In this document: in pieces, positions 31,481-41,990 of the stretch
Numbering within the stretch: position 1 is the stretch's first letter
Layout of the letters: each line of letters begins with the position of its first letter
NCBI GenBank assembly: GCA_963974885.1
Contig: CAXBEY010000003.1
Span: 1 to 58,282, forward strand
Reading direction: 5' to 3'
Source: an uncultured Alphaproteobacteria bacterium
GTDB lineage: Bacteria; Pseudomonadota; Alphaproteobacteria; Caedimonadales; UBA9215
Length of the DNA: 58,282 nucleotides
Position numbers and translations under genes: made by a program
The notes under the pieces: model-generated
The model's database searches: none
Told to the model about the DNA's origin: nothing
What the model saw: the letters and a program-made list of their open reading frames with translations, nothing else

Positions 31481-34246
31481 TTAATACAAACCACCAGTTC
31501 CAGAGACATCATCACTATTTGAAGAACCACGGGGAGATGAGCTATAAGGGGTCGTGGAGCGCCCTCTTCCCGTCCTATTTCCTTCGCTAGCATTCTGGCC
31601 AGAAGTTGGATTTGTGTTGGAATTTGTCTTAGGATACATTGGGGCAAAGGCACTTCCATAGGCATTTTGAGGATACCCTCCCCCTTCGCCACTGTGCTCA
31701 CCGCCATCTTCCCCTGCCTCCTCATGCTCTCCATCCCACTGTGGCACATTGTAGGATTGAGTCACTTCTGTGCCGGGCCTAAAGGCCTCATAAATTGTAT
31801 TGGGCTCACCACCTTGGGCTTTTCCCCCTGTGAAGGCATTGACCTTAACCATCTTAACACCCTTTGGCATTTTAAAAGGGATCACAGGGCTATCTTTCAA
31901 AGCTCGCTCCATAAAGTTTTTAAAAACGGGGCCTGAAACTTTTGAGCCATAATGCTTTTTACCCAGAGTTCGCGGTGTATCAAAGCCAATATAAACACCC
32001 AGAACCAACGTTGGAGAGTAGCCCATCATCCACGCATCTCGATAATCGTTCGTCGTACCAGATTTCACGACCACTTGCTGAGGAATGGATTTCATCATAC
32101 GGCCAAGGCCTCGCTCAACAGCCCCCCTCAAAAGACTGGTCATTTGATAAGCGGAAACGGGGTCTGTCACTTGGGGACGTAAGTCTCGCAGAAAAGGAAG
32201 CTCGTTTGGGTCTTGCGACTCACAGCCTGTACACAAATTATAGCCGTTCACAAGAACGGTCTTACCACGGCGATCTTGCACATGATCAAAAAAGGAGGGA
32301 GCCACAAGTTTGCCCCCGTTAGCAATCATAGCATAGGCAGCCGTTAGCCTTAGAACCGTTGTTTCGCTTGCCCCCAACACACCTGATAATTGCACGGGCA
32401 TATTACGATCCACGTTAAAGCGCTTTGCCACATCAACGACATTTTTCATCCCAACCTTTTCATGAACCATACGAATAGCGGCCACATTTCGAGAGAGCTC
32501 AAAACTGCGGCGCACCGTGATAGGCCCCTTGAATTTTTCATCCCAGTTCTTAGGGCGCCAAATTCCAAGACCATAACCAAGGTCAATGGCTAAAGGTGTG
32601 TCTTCCAAAACCGTCGAGGGGGTTAACCCTTTTTCAAAGGCCGCAATGTAAGAAAAAGGCTTAAAGGCCGAGCCCGTTTGACGCATGGCTTGGGTCGCCC
32701 GATTAAACTGACTTAAATCGAAACTATACCCCCCTTGCATGGCCAAAACACGCCCGGTGATTGGATCCATTGCAACAATCGCCCCCGAAACAGCTGGAAT
32801 TTGACAAAGCTTAAAGGCCTGTTTTCCCTTATGTATAGCTAGAACAGGTTCTTGATGTTTCTCTTCTTTCACAGGCGCTGCGTTTTTTTGCTTTTTATCT
32901 TTTTTATCCTTTTCAAGATCTTCATAGAGAACATCCGTTAACACAACATCTCCAACTTTCAAAACTTGCTTGGCGTGACGAACAATATCCCCCCTGGCCT
33001 CGTCATTAATCCAACGCCGAGCCCACTTCAGTTCAGCAAGGGGAATGTATCCCGTTCTGCCATCAGAAAAACCAATTTGTGCAGCTTCTTTTTGAACATC
33101 AAGGACAATGGCTAAGTGCCAATTTCCCATTCCAGCAGGTTGGACAACGGTTCCCAAAGAGGTAACCCACGGCGCCATTTCTCCCTCTCCAGACGCGTCC
33201 TCTTTTTTAAGGGAAATATGTCCAACAGCCCCCCGCCATCCATGATTGCGGTCATAAGTCACAAGGCCTTCTTGAAGGGTTTCTTCTGCAATTTTTTGCA
33301 AGCGTGGATCAAGGGTTGTTCGCACAACATAGCCATCTTGATAAACAGATTTTTCTCCAAATGTCTTAATAAGCTCACGGCGCACCTCTTCCGCAAAATA
33401 GTTTCCCTTCACAACAGAAGATAAGTTGCGCTTTCTTAGAACAATTTTTTCAGCCTTCGCTTGCTTTGCTTCTTCTTTTGTAATCACACCATCAATAAGC
33501 ATGCGATCAATGACCCAATTACGCCTTGCATAGGTTAACTTTGGATTACGCTTGGGGTGATAACGACTGGGCGCTTTGGGAAGAGCCGCAAAAAAAGCAG
33601 CCTCTGCAATGGAAAGTTCTTGTAGACTTTTATTGAAATAGTTCAGGGCAGCCGCCGCAATACCATAGGAGCGACTCCCCAGGTAAACCTCATTCAAATA
33701 GAGTTCAAAAATATAATCCTTGGTATAGGCCTTTTCAATGCGAAGGGACAAAATGGCCTCTTTAATCTTGCGCTCCAAAGAAACCATATGGGAAATTTTT
33801 GTGAGCAAAAAATTCTTGGCCACTTGCTGGGTAATGGTGGAGGCCCCAATGGGACGCCGTGACGTTCCAATTCGCTTCAGATTCGTTATGGCAGCAGCGA
33901 TAATGCTGGGAATATCGATACCAAAATGGGTGTAAAAGTTTTTATCTTCCGCGGACAAAAAGGCATTGCGTACATGGGTAGGCACAACATCAAGGGGAAC
34001 GTAGATCCGTTTTTCATGGGCATATTCAGCAAACACTTTACCATCACTGGAGTAAAGCCTCGATACAACAGGAGGCTCATAAGACGCAAGGGTTTTATAA
34101 TCAGGAAGCCCTGCTCCATAATAGTAAAAAATTCCCGCTGCAAAAATAACCCCTAACAACAGCCCTGCAACGGTTAAACTGACGATCCAAGAGATAAAAC
34201 GACCCACTCTTCTTTCCTTTAGTACTTTTATTTTTTCTATACCCAT
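31481..34246 (-). CDS. mrcA: Penicillin-binding protein 1A
   Basis: AEDKNFY, GASTITQQ, RKIKE, SAFK, SRN, KSGTT; alternative GTG start at 34207. Confidence 0.96.
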   Translation of the reverse strand: MGIEKIKVLKERRVGRFISWIVSLTVAGLLLGVIFAAGIFYYYGAGLPDYKTLASYEPPVVSRLYSSDGKVFAEYAHEKRIYVPLDVVPTHVRNAFLSAEDKNFYTHFGIDIPSIIAAAITNLKRIGTSRRPIGASTITQQVAKNFLLTKISHMVSLERKIKEAILSLRIEKAYTKDYIFELYLNEVYLGSRSYGIAAAALNYFNKSLQELSIAEAAFFAALPKAPSRYHPKRNPKLTYARRNWVIDRMLIDGVITKEEAKQAKAEKIVLRKRNLSSVVKGNYFAEEVRRELIKTFGEKSVYQDGYVVRTTLDPRLQKIAEETLQEGLVTYDRNHGWRGAVGHISLKKEDASGEGEMAPWVTSLGTVVQPAGMGNWHLAIVLDVQKEAAQIGFSDGRTGYIPLAELKWARRWINDEARGDIVRHAKQVLKVGDVVLTDVLYEDLEKDKKDKKQKNAAPVKEEKHQEPVLAIHKGKQAFKLCQIPAVSGAIVAMDPITGRVLAMQGGYSFDLSQFNRATQAMRQTGSAFKPFSYIAAFEKGLTPSTVLEDTPLAIDLGYGLGIWRPKNWDEKFKGPITVRRSFELSRNVAAIRMVHEKVGMKNVVDVAKRFNVDRNMPVQLSGVLGASETTVLRLTAAYAMIANGGKLVAPSFFDHVQDRRGKTVLVNGYNLCTGCESQDPNELPFLRDLRPQVTDPVSAYQMTSLLRGAVERGLGRMMKSIPQQVVVKSGTTNDYRDAWMMGYSPTLVLGVYIGFDTPRTLGKKHYGSKVSGPVFKNFMERALKDSPVIPFKMPKGVKMVKVNAFTGGKAQGGEPNTIYEAFRPGTEVTQSYNVPQWDGEHEEAGEDGGEHSGEGGGYPQNAYGSAFAPMYPKTNSNTNPTSGQNASEGNRTGRGRSTTPYSSSPRGSSNSDDVSGTGGLY

Positions 34247-34367
34247 CCTCTTTCAAACTGTGGACTTCTAAAAGGTTGACACATCGCTGTCCTCACGTAT
34301 AAAGCATACGCTCCGGGAGCTCTGGTCTGGTTTTAAAACCCACATTTCAAAACTGAATAGGTGTATA
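34238..34367. mobile_element. Palindromic element family C (130 bp, ERIC-like)
   Basis: TATACCCAT…ATAGGTGTATA ends; minus-strand core GAGCGTAT-GCTTT-ATACGTGAG; fills the amiC-mrcA spacer. Confidence 0.75.
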
Positions 34368-34369
34368 TA

Positions 34370-35632
34370 TTAGGCTTTACTAAAATATTTATCCAGTGCT
34401 TCTAAAAGCGATTGGGCAAGTTTTTTTTGGTAAGCAATTGATCTCACTAGTTTCTCATCTTTTTCATTGGAAAGATAGCCTAACTCTATGAGAATAGAGG
34501 GCGTATCCGGTGCCTTTAAAACGGCAAGGTCAGCAGAGCGCAATGTCATGAGCTTGCCAATTTTATTTTCCTGTAAACAATGCTGAAGTTTTTTTGCCAA
34601 TTGCAAAGCTGTGTTTTTTGATCCCCGTTGAGCAATATCAATCAGCACGTTAGAAACGTCCAAACTTGCATTTTCTGCAAATTGGAGGTCCTCTAAAAAG
34701 TCCGATTTATTTTCTTGTTTTGCAAGGCGCTCAGCCTCTGCATCGGAGGCTTTTGCAGATAAAGTATAAATGCTCAGGCCCCGTAATGTTTTCAAGGGGT
34801 GACTGTCCGCGTGGACTGAAATGAAAAAATCTGCCTGGGATTCTCTTGCCCTTGCAAAGCGTTCTCGTTTTGCAACGAACACGTCTTTATCACGGGTTAA
34901 GAGCACATGGTAACGCCCTGCTTTTTTTAAGTCAGCCAAAAGAATTTTTGCCGCAGCTAAAGTGACATGTTTTTCAAAATGACCCCGACAACTTATAGAC
35001 CCAGGATCATGTCCCCCATGGCCTGGATCAATAACAATTGTGGGCCTAAAGGGTTTTTCAAGAAGGTGCGGTTGTAAAAAGACGCCACCTCCAAGGGGGA
35101 TCCCCGTCATGAAAGCGGGTTTTGCCGGAGGGTCTTGTTGCCAAATTTCAAGATAGGGCGCGGGTGTTTCAAGGATTGGTCGAGACACAACTTTGGAACG
35201 GTTTGCCTTGGTGATCGTCTTAGGAAGGGTGCCAGAGGAAGCAATATCAATAACAAACCGCGCGGGATATTTTGACGTTTTTTTCAGTAAGAACGCCCGC
35301 TTTAAGGCCGCTTTTTCATACAGGAAAAAAGTGACTTTGCATTGCTTTTTTGGCAGGTTTTTCAAGGTCCAAAAATGAATAACCTTTGAGCGAATTTTGG
35401 GATGATTTTTTATATCCTGACACACCCCCCCCTTTAAGGTGAGCTCTATTTTCTTTGCGTTAAGGGATCGTTTTGACAACAAGTGCCCCCCCGTGTTGGA
35501 TTCAAGAACAACACGGGTGAATGTTTTATGGTTCCCTTCACGTAATGAAAAAGCATCAGAACTTCCCATGAACATAAAAAGGCATAAAAAACAAAGGGTT
35601 AAAGACCTTAATTTAAAAAACATAATGACCAA
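34370..35632 (-). CDS. amiC: N-acetylmuramoyl-L-alanine amidase
   Basis: AMIN-like N-terminus (TRVVLE, RFVID); IDPGHGGHDPG, SVHADS, SILIELGYLSN. Confidence 0.93.
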   Translation of the reverse strand: MVIMFFKLRSLTLCFLCLFMFMGSSDAFSLREGNHKTFTRVVLESNTGGHLLSKRSLNAKKIELTLKGGVCQDIKNHPKIRSKVIHFWTLKNLPKKQCKVTFFLYEKAALKRAFLLKKTSKYPARFVIDIASSGTLPKTITKANRSKVVSRPILETPAPYLEIWQQDPPAKPAFMTGIPLGGGVFLQPHLLEKPFRPTIVIDPGHGGHDPGSISCRGHFEKHVTLAAAKILLADLKKAGRYHVLLTRDKDVFVAKRERFARARESQADFFISVHADSHPLKTLRGLSIYTLSAKASDAEAERLAKQENKSDFLEDLQFAENASLDVSNVLIDIAQRGSKNTALQLAKKLQHCLQENKIGKLMTLRSADLAVLKAPDTPSILIELGYLSNEKDEKLVRSIAYQKKLAQSLLEALDKYFSKA

Positions 35633-35987
35633 GGTTAAAACTATATCGCTTTATTAAAGGCAGTATAACCCAGATTTCATAAAAGAGATAAAAAAATAAA
35701 TGGTTGTAGGGTGTAAGAAAAAAGACTACTGTATAAAAGTAATATTTTTATTGCGTGTGACATTAAGATCACATGAATTTTTAACCGCTATTTCAGGTAC
35801 TGCGCCTTTCAATTAAGAATAAAAAAGCGCCGCCATTAAAAATAGCAGAGCTATTAAGATTAATTTAGGTTTATAAAGTTAGATGCTTTTGTTAACAAAC
35901 AGCCATAACAACCCTTTAGAAAGACGAGAGTTAACTCTCTTGAACTTTTCCCATGATAGACTCCCTAAGGTCTCTCGTACTGGGTCG

Positions 35988-36022
35988 ATATCAAAATCCT
36001 TCACCCTGAAGGATTTTGATAT
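35988..36022 (+). promoter_or_regulatory. Perfect 16-bp hairpin in the long rne leader
   Basis: ATATCAAAATCCTTCA-CCC-TGAAGGATTTTGATAT. Confidence 0.6.
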
Positions 36023-36156
36023 TGTGGATAGTGTATAGAGCCTTACCATAGGTATTTTCTATATATTTTTACAAAAGAAGGCTTTCCTCTTTAATCCTCT
36101 ACTAGCTCCTTAAATAAGGTGACATTTAAAATGTCCCAAAACGGAGTTATTATACG

Positions 36157-38544
36157 ATGTCTAGAAAATTATTAATTGATGCCGCCCACAAAGAAGAAAC
36201 GCGGGTTGCCCTCATTGACGAAAAGAACCGTCTCACCGAATACGATATTGAAACCACAAACAAACAAACCATCAAAGGAAATGTCTACCTCGCAAAAGTT
36301 ATGCGGGTTGAACCTTCTTTGCAAGCGGCATTTGTTGATTATGGTGGCAACCGTCATGGCTTTTTAGCCTTTAGCGAAATCCATCCTGACTATTTTCGCA
36401 TTCCTGTTTCTGACCGAGAAGTCCTTGCTGCTAAGTTAGCGGATGCTGTTATTGAGACAAAGGAAGCTATTGAAGAAAATGATGTCTCAGAAGCTGAAAC
36501 AAAGGACAGTCCCCCTAAAGAACCAGAAAGTGAGTCAGAGCCCGCCGTATCAACCATTGCCGGAGAAAGCGTTGACCATTCAGACGATGATCCCAGCGAA
36601 GATGCAAGACGCCGTCGTCCAGCCCTTCACAAAATGTATAAAATTCAAGAAGTTATTCACAAGAATCAAATCCTTTTAATTCAGGCTACAAAAGAAGAAC
36701 GCGGTCAAAAAGGCGCGGCCCTCACAACCTATCTCTCCCTTGCGGGGCGGTACTGTGTCCTCATGCCAAACTCGCCCCAAGCAGGGGGAATTTCCCGTAA
36801 AATTTCCAATCCAAAAGAACGGAAAAGCCTTCGTGAAACCCTCGCTTCTTTAAATCTCTCAAAGGAGATGGGGCTTATCATACGAACGGCAGGCCAAGGG
36901 CATACAAAAACTGAAATCAAAAGGGATACGGATTATCTAACCCGTCAATGGGATGAAATTCGTGAGCTCACCCTCAAATCCATTGCACCTGCTTTGATCT
37001 ATCAAGAAGATAGCATTATTAAACGCGTTATTCGTGACCAGTACTCTAAGGATATCAGTGCTATTCTTGTGGCAGGTGAGGAGTGTTATAAATCTGCCAA
37101 AGCCTTTATGAAAAAGCTTCTACCAAGCCATGCTAAAAACGTTCAACAATACAAAGATCAAAAAGTTCCTCTTTTTATTCAGTATAAAGTTGAACACCAA
37201 GTTGAAAAAATGCATGATTCAACGGTTATGTTGCCCTCCGGTGGCTCCATTGTTATCAATCCAACGGAAGCCCTCGTTTCCATTGATATCAACTCTGGCA
37301 AAGCAACCCGCGAACGCCATATCGAAGAAACGGCCCTCAATACGAACCTCGAAGCAGCAGCTGAAATTGCCCGGCAAGTTCGTTTGCGTGATTTAGCCGG
37401 TTTGGTTGTCATTGATTTTATCGATATGGATGATCGAAAGCATGTTCATCAAGTCGAACGTAAAGTTCGCGAGTCCTTTAAAAATGATCGAGCCCGCGTT
37501 CAAATGGGTAAAATTTCTCCCTTTGGCCTCCTTGAGCTCTCCCGCCAACGCCTCCGTCCGAGTATGCTCGAAACAAGCTCACAGCCCTGCCCTCATTGTC
37601 ATGCAACAGGTCACATACGCTCAACGGAGTCCATGGCTCTTTTGATTTTACGGTCCCTTGATGAGGAAGGTATTGCTAACCGTTCTGCCAAAATCAAAGC
37701 CATTGTCCCAACGGATGTTGCCTTTTATATTTTAAACGAAAAGCGCCATCACTTGGCTGACATTGAAGTGCGCCATGAGATGGGTATCGTCATTGAAGGG
37801 GATCACGCTCTCATTGCACCAAACTTTAAAATGATGCAGCTCGAGCGTAAAAACAGCGGATCAGAAAACGATAACGATGTCCAAGAAAAAGAAGACGGTT
37901 TGCAAGAAAAAAAGCAAACTAACACCAGGAGACGTGATAATCGCCCTCGCCCTCGCCCTGACAGCCCTAAAAATAGGGCCGACATTTCTGAGAGTTCAGA
38001 AAAAACACCTTCCACTGAAGATAAAAAAACAGACGAAAATCCCAATAAACGTCGCCCTCAAAATCGCCGCCGTGATGGTCGCCGCCCTCAAAATAAACCC
38101 GAAAGCGATGGCGAGACTAAAGCTGAAATGCCAAAGGCTGCTTCTGATCTCAAAGCAGATGAAAAACCCAAGACTGAGGGCGGAGAAGTAAAAAGAAATT
38201 CTAGGCGGCGCTCTCCTCGCAGAAGAGCCCAGGGCAATAAATCCCCTGAAGACTCTCAGTCTTCAGAGTCTTCTAAGCCTTCAGGGGTGTCAGCTGATAA
38301 AATCTCTCCTTCTGAAAATACTCAAAAGGGAGGGGGTAGGAGAACGCCTGAAAAAAAGCCGTCTAATAGCCCTTCTCCCAAGAAAGCAGATGTTAATGGG
38401 AATACAATTGTAAAAAAACCCGATGTTAATGGGAATACAATCGTCAAAAAAGTAGATATTGACGGTAATAAAAAAGCTACCTCGGAGGACGTGACAAAAT
38501 CACCTCGCCGTCGTAAAAGTTGGTTAAAGAAATTATTGGAATAA
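36157..38544 (+). CDS. rne: Ribonuclease E
   Basis: GNVYLAKVMRVEPSLQAAFVDYGGNRHGFL, IDINSG, DFIDM, CPHC; Arg-rich disordered C-terminus. Confidence 0.97.
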   Translation: MSRKLLIDAAHKEETRVALIDEKNRLTEYDIETTNKQTIKGNVYLAKVMRVEPSLQAAFVDYGGNRHGFLAFSEIHPDYFRIPVSDREVLAAKLADAVIETKEAIEENDVSEAETKDSPPKEPESESEPAVSTIAGESVDHSDDDPSEDARRRRPALHKMYKIQEVIHKNQILLIQATKEERGQKGAALTTYLSLAGRYCVLMPNSPQAGGISRKISNPKERKSLRETLASLNLSKEMGLIIRTAGQGHTKTEIKRDTDYLTRQWDEIRELTLKSIAPALIYQEDSIIKRVIRDQYSKDISAILVAGEECYKSAKAFMKKLLPSHAKNVQQYKDQKVPLFIQYKVEHQVEKMHDSTVMLPSGGSIVINPTEALVSIDINSGKATRERHIEETALNTNLEAAAEIARQVRLRDLAGLVVIDFIDMDDRKHVHQVERKVRESFKNDRARVQMGKISPFGLLELSRQRLRPSMLETSSQPCPHCHATGHIRSTESMALLILRSLDEEGIANRSAKIKAIVPTDVAFYILNEKRHHLADIEVRHEMGIVIEGDHALIAPNFKMMQLERKNSGSENDNDVQEKEDGLQEKKQTNTRRRDNRPRPRPDSPKNRADISESSEKTPSTEDKKTDENPNKRRPQNRRRDGRRPQNKPESDGETKAEMPKAASDLKADEKPKTEGGEVKRNSRRRSPRRRAQGNKSPEDSQSSESSKPSGVSADKISPSENTQKGGGRRTPEKKPSNSPSPKKADVNGNTIVKKPDVNGNTIVKKVDIDGNKKATSEDVTKSPRRRKSWLKKLLE

Positions 38545-38659
38545 GCTTAGAAAAAAAAGGGGCGTGGCAGTCCCTTTTTAGGACTTTTTTGGAAAGACCA
38601 TATAAGGGCCATATAAGGGAGAGAGTCATATTTACATAAAATTTTTTAAACTACCTTTC

Positions 38660-39991
38660 TTGCCTGCTCTTTTACTGTGTTCTTTTCTGGCCACACAACA
38701 AGCCCACAGTGCTCCGACAATACAAGAGGGGAATATCATCCGAGATAGCGAGATTGAGGCGATTCTCCTTGAGATCATGCACCCTATTTTCAAAGTCGCA
38801 GGTCTTGATCCAAAACAACTCAATCTCTATATTGTTGCCAGCTCTGAAATCAATGCGGCTGCCAGTATTGATTACTCTATTTTTATTAATACCTCCCTCA
38901 TCACCAGAGCTAAGAACCTTGATGAAGTCGTTGGTGTTTTGGCTCACGAAACCGGCCACCTTTCCCTAGGGCATGTTGCTCGTTTTCAAGACAGCATCCA
39001 GCGATCATCTCTTATTGCTATGGCTTCTGCTGCCCTTGGTATTGCTGCGGCTATTGCGGGATCTCCCGACGCGGCCATGGGGGCCATGATGGCAGGGCAA
39101 CAAATTGCCATGGGCTCTTTAATGCATTACAGCCAAGGTCAAGAAGCCTCCGCAGATCAAGCAGCGGTCCGCTTTCTTGATAAGTTGGGTTGGACAGCTA
39201 AGGGCCTTGAAAGCTTTATGGCCTATTTAGCAAAACAAGAACTTCGAGGCCGTGATCGTCAAGATGCCTATATGCGGACCCACCCCCTTTCCAGTCTTCG
39301 GGTTGATATGCTCAACAGCGCTATTGGGCAACTTAAGAAACAAGGAAAACCTTTACCGGGGCGCCTTTATGAGCGTTTTGATCGGATGGTCGTGAAAATT
39401 AAAGCCTTTATGAATTCTCCCATGAAGACCTTGATGCAACATCCTCCTTCTAAAACCGCCACCCTTGATCGCTATGGCCGAGCCATCGCCTATTATCGAA
39501 ATGGAGACTTGAAAAATAGCCTAGCTGAATTGAATCCTCTCTTGGCACAGAATCCAAAAGATCCTTATTTGCACGAACTCAAAGGTCAGATTCTTTTTGA
39601 CAATGGAAAGCTTGTTGCCGCCCACCAAGCCTACCAGCGCGCCGTCTCCCTTGCCCCCAACAGTCCTCTTATTCGTCTAGCCGCTGTTCAAACGATGTTA
39701 GAATTGCCTCAAGTTGATCTAACAAAAGCCCTTCGAGAGCTTCATCTTGTTCTACGAAAAGAAAGTAAGAACCCCCTAGCATGGCATCTTCTTGCTGTCA
39801 TTTATGGCAAGCAGGGTCACAAGGGTCTTCTGGCTCTGGCCCTTTCTGAAAAAGCCCTCACCCTCAATGATCTTGACCTTGCTCTCTCTCAGGCCAAACG
39901 AGCCCTTCACCTTTCCAAAGATAAAACAGCCCTTATTCGTGCAAAAGACATCGTCGAGCTTATTCTAGAAGAGCAAAAAAAACGGGGTTAG
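38660..39991 (+). CDS. M48 metalloprotease with TPRs (BepA-like)
   Basis: IIRDSEIE, HETGH, QEASADQ, THP; C-terminal TPRs. Confidence 0.92.
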   Translation: MPALLLCSFLATQQAHSAPTIQEGNIIRDSEIEAILLEIMHPIFKVAGLDPKQLNLYIVASSEINAAASIDYSIFINTSLITRAKNLDEVVGVLAHETGHLSLGHVARFQDSIQRSSLIAMASAALGIAAAIAGSPDAAMGAMMAGQQIAMGSLMHYSQGQEASADQAAVRFLDKLGWTAKGLESFMAYLAKQELRGRDRQDAYMRTHPLSSLRVDMLNSAIGQLKKQGKPLPGRLYERFDRMVVKIKAFMNSPMKTLMQHPPSKTATLDRYGRAIAYYRNGDLKNSLAELNPLLAQNPKDPYLHELKGQILFDNGKLVAAHQAYQRAVSLAPNSPLIRLAAVQTMLELPQVDLTKALRELHLVLRKESKNPLAWHLLAVIYGKQGHKGLLALALSEKALTLNDLDLALSQAKRALHLSKDKTALIRAKDIVELILEEQKKRG

Positions 39992-40072
39992 CTTTATAAG
40001 GAACCTAAGACTATTTTATTGATCCCCCAAAAAATATGAGATAATCTATAAGAAATAAAGCAAGGCAGAAAA

Positions 40073-40678
40073 ATGATTCAAAAAAACATCACTCGAACCT
40101 TTTTTATACTTGCCCTAGCAAGTTCTCCTACTATTGCAAATGCCGCAGTCACCTCTCCCACTGTCGCAGATGTTGCAACAGAGCGCCTATCTGAAAAAGA
40201 TAAAAGCGCTTTTGATGTTCTAGCCTGGACCAAGGAATTAAAAAAATTAAATGCAGAAATGCTAAAGCCCTATGCCTTGGCTAGAAAAATAAAAATAGCC
40301 TCCTTCTTACGCGCTGATATTATCCTCAATAGGAAAGAAAAAGAGGCGATACAAATAAAAGTTAAGGCTGTGGAAAAACTCATGGAAGCGGTAAAAGTTG
40401 TCCAGCAAAGTTCCCAGAAAATTTTGACGCTGACTCAGTCCCTTGAACAAAAAAATCCAGCTGAAAAGGCTCTTTTGAAAGAGCTACTGGCTAAACAGAA
40501 AAAAACAAATTCCTCCTTTAAAAAGAAATTATCTAGCCTCAAACGAGAAAAAGATAAACTCCTTGAAGAAATCAAAGCCTTAGACCAAGAAAATACAACA
40601 AAAAGCACCCAAAGAAGAAACTCTTTGGATGACGCTGACAAAATCAAGAGTACCCTTAATCTTCATACCCCTCGTTAA
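40073..40678 (+). CDS. Secreted coiled-coil hypothetical protein
   Basis: Signal peptide (…IANA); K/E/L-rich heptads. Confidence 0.65.
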   Translation: MIQKNITRTFFILALASSPTIANAAVTSPTVADVATERLSEKDKSAFDVLAWTKELKKLNAEMLKPYALARKIKIASFLRADIILNRKEKEAIQIKVKAVEKLMEAVKVVQQSSQKILTLTQSLEQKNPAEKALLKELLAKQKKTNSSFKKKLSSLKREKDKLLEEIKALDQENTTKSTQRRNSLDDADKIKSTLNLHTPR

Positions 40679-40689
40679 AGGAGCGCCTC

Positions 40690-40926
40690 CTACAACCCAT
40701 ATTTTTTACGCAGCTTTTCATTTTCATCAAGGGTCTCTTGTTGAGAAGAAGACAGGTCATCTTTTAAAGCAGGATAGGTAGAGCGATCGGGCAAATCGGG
40801 GCGCTCTGGAACATCATGGAGACTGGGAAAAGTCGCCTCATTATCTGTCTCATCTACAACAAATTGAGAGCCCACACAGCCGCTTAAGAGCATGGGAAGT
40901 ATAAGAAAAGTAAGGATTTTACGCAC
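40690..40926 (-). CDS. Small lipoprotein
   Basis: GTG start with AGGAG; lipobox LSGC; FPSLHDVPERP motif. Confidence 0.65.
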   Translation of the reverse strand: MRKILTFLILPMLLSGCVGSQFVVDETDNEATFPSLHDVPERPDLPDRSTYPALKDDLSSSQQETLDENEKLRKKYGL

Positions 40927-41953
40927 TTTTGTCACTCCTAGACTGAGTCTTTTGCTTTGCCAGCATTTGTGCGACATGGGGGGCAGCATAGGTAATAATG
41001 CCATCGGCTCCTGCCCTTTTAAAACAGAGAAGTGACTCAATAATAGCTTCATCAAATGTCAAAAATCCAGCCTCATCAGCCAACTTTAACATGGCATATT
41101 CTGCACTAACTTGAAAAGAAAAGGTCGGGATTTTAAAAACATCTTTCACATGGCGAACCACATCCAAATAAAGCATGCCAGGTTTAACGATGACACTATC
41201 AGCCCCTTCTTGAATGTCCATGGCGACTTCCCGTATGGCTTCATCCAAGTTGGCCGGATCCATTTGATAAGTCCTCTTATCGGCCACTCCCAAACACCCT
41301 TTCGACCCCAAGGCCTCCCGGAAGGGGCCATACAAGCAACTGGCGTATTTTGCCCCGTAAGACATAATAGAAACATTGCTAAAACCTTGGGCATCAAGGG
41401 CACGGCGAATGACACCAACGCGACCATCCATCATTTCAGACGGCGCAATTACATCAGTCCCCGCTTTGGCCTGCACAATGGCATGGCGCTCTAAGGCTTT
41501 GAGGGTCTCATCATTATCAATCTCCCCCTCAATCACCAGCCCATCTTGGCCATGGCTTGTATACGGATCAAGGGCCACATCGGTGATGACACCCACATCA
41601 GGAAAACGGTCCTTAATGGCTCTGACTGTTTGACATAAAAGCCCCTCTTCATTAAAAGCTTCGCTGGCCTTTTCGTCCCGTTTGCCTTGGGCAACCACGG
41701 GGAAAAGCATCACGGTTTTCACACCCAGAGGTGAAATTTCGGCGATTTCCTGCAAAAGCTCTGGGATTAAATAGCGTTTAACGCCGGACAAAGATTTAAA
41801 ATCAGCCTCAACAGAGTCTTCCCGAATAAAAACAGGCCAGATAAGGTCCTCTGCTTTGAGGGCGTTTTCCGCCATCAAGCTTCTTGACCAGCCCTGTTGA
41901 CGATTACGGCGCAGACGTGTTTGAGGAAATTGACCAGTGATAAGGTTATGCAT
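40919..41953 (-). CDS. hemB: Porphobilinogen synthase
   Basis: RLRRNR, DVALDPYTSHGQDG, MMDGR, YGPFR, YQMDP, VKPG. Confidence 0.97.
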   Translation of the reverse strand: MHNLITGQFPQTRLRRNRQQGWSRSLMAENALKAEDLIWPVFIREDSVEADFKSLSGVKRYLIPELLQEIAEISPLGVKTVMLFPVVAQGKRDEKASEAFNEEGLLCQTVRAIKDRFPDVGVITDVALDPYTSHGQDGLVIEGEIDNDETLKALERHAIVQAKAGTDVIAPSEMMDGRVGVIRRALDAQGFSNVSIMSYGAKYASCLYGPFREALGSKGCLGVADKRTYQMDPANLDEAIREVAMDIQEGADSVIVKPGMLYLDVVRHVKDVFKIPTFSFQVSAEYAMLKLADEAGFLTFDEAIIESLLCFKRAGADGIITYAAPHVAQMLAKQKTQSRSDKSA

Positions 41954-41990
41954 CTAATAATTCTTTTCTTTTTATATAGGAAACTCTTAA

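Noticed and set aside
32820-32930. Lys-rich extra segment in PBP1A as another element insertion
   Set aside because: It has no inverted repeats or TA-bounded ends and looks like a low-complexity loop.
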